Shown piece by piece: positions 11,885 to 20,487 of a stretch of DNA of 20,487 nucleotides (position 1 is its first letter; every line of letters starts with the position of its first letter). The notes beneath the pieces are model-generated. The model made no database searches. It worked only from the letters and a program-made list of their open reading frames with translations, and had not been told where the DNA came from. Position numbers and translations under genes: made by a program. The stretch comes from Eledone cirrhosa (taxonomy: Eukaryota). The stretch lies in contig CAXHJY010001501.1 in assembly GCA_964016885.1 (NCBI GenBank), positions 1 to 20,487 of the forward strand. Reading direction: 5' to 3'.

Positions 11885-14341
11885 ATGCTAATCAAAGACC
11901 AACTCCCCATGTCAACCAAGAACATACCAATACCATCCAGGAATACATATGAGAAATTGCTGATCAACAGTGTAAATTCATTTATCAATAGAGTGAGATG
12001 GAGGACATTCCATTATGATAGAAACAAATCTAACAACTTGAATAATACTAACAATTTTGACTCCTTCGGCTTTAAAACCTTTAAAAGCCCCCCTCATAAC
12101 ACTCTACTTAACTCCTTTGAAAATGACCTAGTTAAACTAGTTAAGAACATTAAATACAATAAGCACCATATTAGAAGCAACACCTTCTTAAACAAACTTA
12201 ACACTTCTATTAGTGGATTCAAAACTAGTAATAAAATTATTGTACACGCAGATAAAACTAATAACATATACAGCCTAGATTATATTACTTATAGAAAGTT
12301 TATATATAATGAACTACATAAAAGCTACAAAAAAACCACCTTGAAAAACTTAGAAGATATTAATGTAGAGGGTTATAATATAGTGTCTAAACTAGGACTA
12401 CAGAGGCATACACAACCTTTCACTCCGAACCCCCCTAGATTCTCTCTGAAGGACCATAAGGAGATCTTCATCAGCAACCCCACGATAAGACTTATCTGCC
12501 CTTCCAAGTCCGACATTGGTATTATCAGCAAGAAGATTTTGGATAAAATCATCCCACAAATTAAACACAAGATACACCTTAAACAATGGGGAAATACGGG
12601 TGAAGTAATTGAATGGTTTAAGGATATCAAGAATAATAAGAACAAAAAATTTATTCAATTTGATATCAATTCATACTACACCTCTATTTCCCCTATCCTA
12701 TTAAATAAGGCACTTATCATGGCCATGGCCAATAGCGACCTGACTAGAGCCCAGGTTGATGTCATCCTTGCGGCCCGTAAAACCATAATCACCTTCGAGG
12801 ACCAACTATGGACACGCAAGGATACGCACAACAACTTCGACATAACCATGGGATCTAGTGACTCGGCGCAGGTCACTGATTTGGTCGGCCTATACCTCCT
12901 CAATGAAATCCATAAAGACCTCCCTTACCTCAACGGTGGTTTGTACCGCGATGATGCACTTCTACTCATAGAATATAAAAAATTTAACATAGAAAGAACT
13001 AGAAAACGACTGCATAAGACATTCAAAAACTTTAACCTTAGTATCACCATGGACAAAAATACTAAAAATGTTAACTTCCTAGACGCCACACTATACCTAG
13101 ACTCAAAAATATATACACCTTTCCATAAGCCTAATGAGAATCTTATTTACGTAGATACCAAGTCTAATCACCCTAGATCAATATTAAACTCTATCTCTAA
13201 GGGGGTGTCCAATAGAATCTCTAGTCTGTCCTATGACGCAAACATATTTAGCAAAAACTCACAATATTACAATCAAGCATTAGCTAGCTCCGGCCATAAT
13301 ATAGAAATTGAGTTCCTACCTAAGAAAACACATAGCTACAACATCATCTCGCACAACATGTCCATGAGGAAATCTAATAATAGGAATAGCAACCACAAGT
13401 GCACCAAAGCGGAGGGTGCCACCGGAAGTAACCATTACCATGGAAACTACTGTGAGGCATTAGGAGGAAGCAACACACCAAACACTAAAAGCAAAAATAG
13501 AAGAAATAATACATTTTTCAACCCTCCTTTCAACCTAAATGTCTCCACCAACATACCTAGGGCTTTCTTCTCACTACTAGATACAAACTTCCCTCTAGGA
13601 CACAAGTACCACAACCTCTTAAACAAAAACACCATTAAAATCTCTTACTCTACGACGCCTAACTTAGCATACCACATAGCTAGCAGCAATAATAGTAAAA
13701 TTAGTTCTTACTTCCAACAAACAAAATCACAACGGGATGCAAACCCTCTAAATACCACTGTAGCAAGCAACAATAGCAACGGCAGTAACAATAGAAATAA
13801 CACTAGTATAAGTAATAACACCAGGGTTGTCAACCCGAACACCCAAAATCCTATATCCACCACACAGACTTCCGCATTGCATTATAACCAGCGGACTAAC
13901 GCACAGAATAATTGTAACTGTAGAGCTAATAGAACCTGCCCTTTAGATAAAAAATGCCTAACCAAGGATGTCATATACTCATGCACAGTCACGACTAATA
14001 ACTCTTCAGAAACCTATGTAGGCTCCACTTCTAACTGCTTCAAAATCAGATATAACTCGCACATCCACTCGTTCAAAAAGCACAGCCTAGCCAACTCCAC
14101 CTCACTTTCTAGCTACATACACTATCTAAAATCTAAAAATAAACCATACACACTCAAATGGGAAGTGATAGGCAGCGCGACCTCGTACAAACCACCTAAT
14201 AAATTCTGTAACCTCTGTATACTAGAGACACACAATATTATCTTCTCCAACCGTAACCTACTTAACAAAAAATCTGAGGTGTTTGCAACTTGCCAGCACC
14301 GCCTCAGACATTCCTTCCAAAACTTTAAGCCCTATATATAG
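11885..14341 (+). CDS. Penelope-like (Naiad-type) reverse transcriptase with C-terminal GIY-YIG endonuclease, 818 aa
   Basis: N-terminal KNIPIPS. RT motifs QFDINSYYTSI, FDITMGSSDSAQVTDLVG, GLYRDD, VNFLD and thumb SNHP. Then CNC..CPL..KC, VIY/YVG (GIY-YIG), RYNSH, CNLCILE, LLN and CQH. Confidence 0.95.
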   Translation: MLIKDQLPMSTKNIPIPSRNTYEKLLINSVNSFINRVRWRTFHYDRNKSNNLNNTNNFDSFGFKTFKSPPHNTLLNSFENDLVKLVKNIKYNKHHIRSNTFLNKLNTSISGFKTSNKIIVHADKTNNIYSLDYITYRKFIYNELHKSYKKTTLKNLEDINVEGYNIVSKLGLQRHTQPFTPNPPRFSLKDHKEIFISNPTIRLICPSKSDIGIISKKILDKIIPQIKHKIHLKQWGNTGEVIEWFKDIKNNKNKKFIQFDINSYYTSISPILLNKALIMAMANSDLTRAQVDVILAARKTIITFEDQLWTRKDTHNNFDITMGSSDSAQVTDLVGLYLLNEIHKDLPYLNGGLYRDDALLLIEYKKFNIERTRKRLHKTFKNFNLSITMDKNTKNVNFLDATLYLDSKIYTPFHKPNENLIYVDTKSNHPRSILNSISKGVSNRISSLSYDANIFSKNSQYYNQALASSGHNIEIEFLPKKTHSYNIISHNMSMRKSNNRNSNHKCTKAEGATGSNHYHGNYCEALGGSNTPNTKSKNRRNNTFFNPPFNLNVSTNIPRAFFSLLDTNFPLGHKYHNLLNKNTIKISYSTTPNLAYHIASSNNSKISSYFQQTKSQRDANPLNTTVASNNSNGSNNRNNTSISNNTRVVNPNTQNPISTTQTSALHYNQRTNAQNNCNCRANRTCPLDKKCLTKDVIYSCTVTTNNSSETYVGSTSNCFKIRYNSHIHSFKKHSLANSTSLSSYIHYLKSKNKPYTLKWEVIGSATSYKPPNKFCNLCILETHNIIFSNRNLLNKKSEVFATCQHRLRHSFQNFKPYI

Positions 14342-15069
14342 CAATGTCGGACTGGAACCTAACACCACATCTAGCATCAAACACCAGAGACACACCCTAT
14401 ACTACATACCCAACACTCGCTGATCCATTATAACACAAATAACGACATCCCTCTGGAACCCTTCGCAGGGAAAATACCCATTTATACCTCTACGGCAGGT
14501 GTGACAACATCCACCCACTTGGACGGCACTACACCGCTCTAAGGGTAATTTGAGCATGAATTGATCGGTTGGATGGTGTTGGGCAGAGGAAACACCTTCC
14601 CTAGACAGATGTAAAATGATTTAATCGAGTAGCGCTGTTGACCAGTAGGACCGGGCTGCGGAGCGCAGTGAGTGAATGCAATGCAACTGCCGTGCGGGTT
14701 GTACGTATATGGATGATCTGACGGTCAGAGAGGGGTCGCGAGGACTGCGGATTGACCTTTGGCCTGCCTGGGGACGATTATCTTTCGACATCCAATGTAG
14801 CAAGTGATGACCCAGATCTTACCAGAGATCATTGGGTCCTGAAGCAATCCTGCAATCACCGCGCCTGGCCATATGAGCAGACTACAACCACAGAGATCAT
14901 TAATTTAGAATCCTCGCTCATCATCTATAATTTCCATTTGTAGCACCTTATGATGGGTTAATCCACCTTAATAATAATATGATCACCTTCAGCATAATTT
15001 AGTTAAACTACTCTATAGTTAGTACACTTTATGCTTTAAAAGTCTCTCTTGGAAGGTGCACCTCACCAT

Positions 15070-16038
15070 AGAATTTAGGGTCTATATTGGGACACATTTT
15101 AATGGCTAGATATGGAAACCCCAGAGTTACCTCCCCGCATGCATTAACTCCCCTTAGCCACACACACACTTCCGGTATTCAATGGCGTTTCTCGAAACGT
15201 AACAACCTCCTGTATCGAACTAAAGAACACCAGACTACGATCTCTAACTGGATTGTCGTGGATTATGTGAAAGGCATATAATCGAAATATACACTCCCTT
15301 GACCATGAAAATGCCGAAGTACATGAATTACTTGACATCCCTGCGCTGTACATCTCCAATACTTATAACACTTTTAATGATTGCACTATCTTTAATGCTT
15401 ATAATATTTCTCCACACACAGACTACATCAATCATATAAAGACTTTGCCACCAGATCTACCAACCTAACACTCTTATTTACCTACCTAAGTGCCTCTACC
15501 ACACATATCTCTCTGCCACACTATATAAACAAGACGCACATGCGTGCCACACATATAACATTTGCACTATATAACCACTTATCTTCATGTTGTACTTTAA
15601 CCTATATCTTTGATTTTTGATTGTACCTATTAATATAAATGTAATCTCGAAGTGTGTACTGCCACTCTAAATTCTGTAATGAATGTTGACCCACAATGTT
15701 TGAATATGTACCAATGTTTGAATATGTATTGGTATGTCTCTCGGCTGAAAAGGAGGTCATATAACTGTCCATGCATTAATAAATTGCTCCGAAGAATCCA
15801 AACCTCGGTTTGGAGGAAACAGCTGTAAGCACAATAATGTTTTGAACAGTTCTTTGATTCTTATATTTCATATAACTGCTCTGTAAATCATCTGATGTTT
15901 TTACATTGAGCTACTTAACTTACTGGTAATAAGGTAGTAATACATTACTGCCTACCACTATTTAGGGTGTGTGTAAAATACTTACAACTGCTTAAGGTTT
16001 TGTGTTTACATAACCATAAATAGTATAACTAATACTAT
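15070..16038 (+). repeat. 3' pseudo-LTR (969 bp)
   Basis: Direct repeat of 10874-11842. Ends in (TA)n. Confidence 0.95.
15785..15831 (+). ncRNA. Minimal type I hammerhead ribozyme (CCGAAGA core)
   Basis: Identical to 11589-11635. Predicted cleavage after 15827. Confidence 0.78.
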
Positions 16039-16055
16039 ATATATATATATATATA

Positions 16056-16219
16056 TCACACATACACACATATATATCACACATACACACATATATATAC
16101 ATATTATATATAAAAATATATCACATATCGTGTACATAGACATGTATATATATATCAAATATACGCACATATATATATATATACATGCCATATATACACA
16201 TATATCTACACATGTCATA
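16056..16219 (+). repeat. Dispersed copy of the 5276/5454 unit
   Basis: Near-identical sequence, including CACATATCGTGTACATAGACATG and TCAAATATACGCAC. Confidence 0.9.
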
Positions 16220-16587
16220 GAATGACCATATAAGGTTAGGTTTATTTTTCAACATATTCCTTCTCTGGAAATAAACAGTGCAGTTATCAACAAATCAACA
16301 AGAAGAGTTGAAAGTAACGCATGCAAGATTTCACAGCTCTAGCATCAATCCTTCATAGTCGGGCTATCAACTTTTCAGCCGAACCTTTTCGCCATTCGTG
16401 CACGCTGCGATGCACTTTGAAATGTCATTTTATCAGATATTCGTAGATCAATATTCATGTAGAAATTGGTCAAATGTTTTATCAGGGATATTCCATCAGT
16501 GATTCATATCACTTGTATTATAATGATAGATATCTCCATGTTTGGAAGCACAAACATTTGTTCTACTAGTAAATGTCAACAGTACTA

Positions 16588-16670
16588 TATTGGATCGTCA
16601 AGTATGAAATTTGTAGAAATTCGTTTATTTTCTATAAATTTCTACACATTTCATACTTGATGACCCAATA
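16588..16670. other. 34-bp-arm hairpin
   Basis: TATTGGATCGTCAAGTATGAAATTTGTAGAAATT pairs with AATTTCTACACATTTCATACTTGATGACCCAATA around a 15-nt loop. Confidence 0.8.
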
Positions 16671-16679
16671 GTTTGTAAA

Positions 16680-16840
16680 AGGCGGCGAATTAACAGAGTC
16701 GTTAGAACATTGGATGGAATGCTTTGCAGTATTGGTTCTACCTCTCTGCTCTCTGAGTTCAAATCCCACCGGTGTCAACTTTGCTTTTCATCCATGTAAG
16801 CTTGATAAAAAACGTACCAGTTTTAATACTGGGGTCGATT
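16680..16840 (+). mobile_element. tRNA-derived SINE, degenerate
   Basis: B-box GAGTTCAAATCC followed by AACTTTGC.TTTCATCC...GATAAA..GTACCAGT. Homologous to the copies at 17821 and 18009. Confidence 0.75.
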
Positions 16841-16916
16841 CTTCCTCTTTATTATCTTTCTCTCTTCCATTCTCTCACTCTCTCTATATCTCTATATCCT
16901 TGAAAGTCAGTGTTGT

Positions 16917-17207
16917 TGAGGCACGTGGCCTAGTGGTAAGTGTGTTGGATTACCTGCAATAGCTGGGGATTTTTACCCCTGCTATGGTTATGGACTAGCG
17001 TCCTGTCCAGGTAGAAGTCTTGTACTTACTCGCAGTCGCTTCACGCTCCGGAAACCAGGATAAGAACCGGCCCAATTAACGTCAGCGCTCGTGATGGACT
17101 GGCGTCCTATCCCGGTGGTAGTCATGTACTTACTCTGTCACTTACCTCGAAATTCGAGATAGGACCTGACATGATGAACCTCTGGTCTCGAGACAGACTT
17201 TTTTTTT
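16917..17207 (+). mobile_element. Second SINE family (V-domain-like body) with internal duplication
   Basis: A-box-like TGGCCTAGTGG. ATGGACT.GCGTCCT.TCC.G...GTACTTACTC occurs twice (~16990 and ~17095). T-rich end. The superfamily assignment is from memory. Confidence 0.6.
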
Positions 17208-17250
17208 GTATTTTATTTCTCAGTAAACTCGATGTTAACGTATTTTGTTT

Positions 17251-17253
<3 letters not shown>

Positions 17254-17317
<64 letters not shown>
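17254..17317. repeat. Pure (TA)n
   Basis: Direct reading. Confidence 0.95.
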
Positions 17318-17318
<1 letters not shown>

Positions 17319-17619
17319 CAAACAGTAGAGGACGCGTTTCGCACCTTTCCGACAGATAACCTTTCCCCCCACCCCGGAATGTGAATCCGAAATATATAGA
17401 GACAATTAAATCTCTCCCAAGGTAACTCTCTCTCTCGTGTTCTTATTTTTATTTTATCCTTTATACTCTTTCCTTCATTCCTCTACACGTCTTATACACA
17501 CCACGCATCTCAACGTACACCCACTTACATCTCTCTCTCTCTCCACCACCGGATCTTGTTACCCGGAGATTTACCCATCTGCATTGTCGAGGCTTCCAAA
17601 CGACTTAAAGATATATATA

Positions 17620-17690
17620 TATTTATTTATTAAAATAACAGATTAAAGTGTAAGCAAAGAATCGCTGCTTTCACCCTTAACGGGATCTTC
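17620..17690 (-). mobile_element. Single-arm copy of the 1904-2032 fold-back family
   Basis: TATTTATTAAAATAACAGATTAAAG..TAAGCAAAGAATCGCTGCTTTCACCCTTAACGGGAT, with the same terminus next to a TA run. Confidence 0.8.
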
Positions 17691-17820
17691 TGAAACTAAC
17701 AAAGTCAATCTGTCAACGCAGAAGTGAATATTTCAAAAAAACGTTGCAACCGGAGGAAGACAGGAAGACGATACTTTGGTTCGTGGAAACGTTCCCTGGC
17801 AAAGAACGGGAAAAAAACGA

Positions 17821-18002
17821 ATTGGCAGTATCGGTAGAAGGTCAGACGCCATGCTTTCTAGCATAGTTATGTCCCTTTATGATCTGAATTCAAATCCCGC
17901 CGAGGTTAACTTTGCCTTTCATCCTTACGGGGTCGATAAAATAAAGTACCAGTAATGTACTGGGTAATTGCTGGCCTTGTGCCTAAAGTAGAAACAATTA
18001 TT
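17821..18002 (+). mobile_element. tRNA-derived SINE, tandem copy 1
   Basis: A-box-like TGGCAGTATCGGT, B-box-like GAATTCAAATCC, conserved body and ATT tail. Confidence 0.8.
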
Positions 18003-18008
18003 ACAATA

Positions 18009-18200
18009 GGGCGGTGGATTGGCAGTATCAGTAGAGGGTCGGACGCCATGCTTTGACGCATAGAGTTACGGCCCTTGCCATTCTGAGTTCAAATCCCGCC
18101 GAGGTTAACTTTGCCTTTCATCCTTACGGGGTTGATAAAATAAAGTACCAGTAATGTACTGGTGATTGCTGGCCTTGTGCCAAACGTAGAAACAATTATT
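18009..18200 (+). mobile_element. tRNA-derived SINE, tandem copy 2
   Basis: GGCGGTGGATTGGCAG...GAGTTCAAATCCCGCCGAGGTTAACTTTGCCTTTCATCC...GAAACAATTATT. Confidence 0.82.
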
Positions 18201-18204
18201 TGAG

Positions 18205-18400
18205 GCGATGAAAAACAATTACACGCAAAGACAGGACCACGTTTATGGTATAAAAGAAGTCATAGACTATTAGGTGGTTCATAGAGCCGTTCTCAAGCAA
18301 TGAACGAAAACCCGAAGATAATACGTCATATGTGGAGCGGGGAGAAATATTTCACGCAAAGACAAAACCACGTAAATGGTATAACTGAAGTCGTAGACTA
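18205..18400 (+). repeat. Diverged direct repeat, ~65-bp units about 130 bp apart
   Basis: CACGCAAAGACA..ACCACGT..ATGGTATAA..GAAGTC.TAGACTA at ~18221 and ~18353. Confidence 0.7.
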
Positions 18401-18662
18401 AAATTCTAACTAGGAAACCGAATGATTCTCGGCTTCAGAGTTAAGAATAAAGTAAATAAAATACAGAGGTTATTGAAATTAAATAAATACATACACGCAT
18501 CCATATACGTACAAACACAAGCATACGCGAAAATAATATATATATATATATATATAAAATAATTAAGTCAAATATGTAAAATTTGGCTTCGTTTATTATA
18601 AATTATAAATTTACTACTATATATATTTCGGTGACAGCCATCATTGACTTTGACCCCTTCAG

Positions 18663-18749
18663 GCAGTCCGAATTGGTGTGGGAAAGACAGGTACACATGT
18701 TGTTGAAGTGTCTTTTACTCCATCAATACATCGATATGTCCAACTCCTG
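18663..18749 (+). CDS. Candidate 87-nt internal exon of an unidentified host gene
   Basis: TTGAC branch-like motif and CCCCTTCAG acceptor. Frame reads AVRIGVGKTGTHVVEVSFTPSIHRYVQLL. Weak donor GTTGTG. More GC-rich than the flanks. Confidence 0.25.
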
Positions 18750-18880
18750 GTTGTGTTGTTATTTCTCTGAGGAACTGGAATAATATTTTACATTACTCCG
18801 GAGTAAATAAACCAACCTGCTTACTTCATCGAGTGCTCCAATCTGCATACTGAGGTGTCGGTAAACAACCAACACGTACT

Positions 18881-18882
<2 letters not shown>

Positions 18883-18928
<46 letters not shown>
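18883..18928. repeat. Pure (TA)n
   Basis: Direct reading. Confidence 0.95.
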
Positions 18929-18930
<2 letters not shown>

Positions 18931-18963
18931 TGATGTCTTCCAAAAGTAACGGTTGCATTTTGA

Positions 18964-19109
18964 AAGGGTACGTCAATGTTTATTTATAAAACTAGTATAT
19001 ATTGTATTTTGTCTGATGAAGGCATACCATAATTTAACATGGTATCCTTGAAATATCTATAATGAAATAAATATGGTTTTATAAATATAGTTTCCATTTG
19101 TTAATATCG
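18964..19109 (+). mobile_element. 3'-end remnant of the second HHR-bearing family
   Basis: Homologous to the reverse complement of 1497-1640. Runs into the terminal TA array. Confidence 0.7.
19005..19069 (+). ncRNA. Minimal type I hammerhead ribozyme
   Basis: TATTTTGT-CTGATGA-AGGCATACCAT/ATGGTATCCT stem II-GAAA-TATCT-ATA-ATGAAATA. Stem I includes G-U pairs. Predicted cleavage after 19061. Confidence 0.75.

Positions 19110-20487
<1,378 letters not shown>

Larger units (their letters stand above)
10680..16038 (+). mobile_element. Penelope-like retroelement (Naiad-type), apparently complete: inverted 5' segment, pLTR, ORF, 3' UTR, pLTR
   Basis: Intact RT + C-terminal GIY-YIG ORF, 969-bp direct repeats, a partial inverted repeat at the 5' end, HHRs in the repeats and TA-tract flanks. 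Confidence 0.93.

Noticed and set aside
12373-13635. Antisense ORFs within the PLE CDS (also 8880-9149 and 9974-10243 in the RLE element)
   Set aside because: Shadow frames of the real coding strand.
10874-16038. LTR retrotransposon interpretation of the direct repeats
   Set aside because: No TG...CA ends, PBS, gag, protease or integrase. The RT and GIY-YIG are Penelope-type.
17322-17342. Minus-strand CGAAACGCGTC, typical of a minimal HHR stem III
   Set aside because: No matching core or stem I partner found upstream. At most a half-ribozyme remnant.
18009-18100. tRNA gene
   Set aside because: A/B boxes are present but there is no cloverleaf. It continues into a repeated SINE body.

Overview
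Very AT-rich, repeat-dominated animal DNA. The SINE types and (TA)n density suggest an octopus or other cephalopod, but that is inference. Roughly 40% is (TA)n/(TACA)n-derived microsatellite, and the long 'YIYI' ORFs are artefacts of it. The main feature is an apparently intact, young Penelope-like retroelement with Naiad-type motifs at 10680-16038. It has an 818-aa RT + GIY-YIG ORF, two 969-bp direct pseudo-LTRs 4196 bp apart and a 195-bp 5' inversion. Each repeat carries a minimal type I hammerhead ribozyme (HHR) with a non-canonical CCGAAGA core. In total nine HHR motifs from at least three sequence families can be read by eye, including a U3-A8 covariant. Most sit 40-95 nt from a (TA)n tract, and several are in fold-back arrangements. 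A 5'-truncated, disabled R4/Dong-like RLE retrotransposon lies in a (CATA)n tract just upstream. Several tRNA-type SINEs and one weak exon candidate occupy the right end. No host gene can be named.
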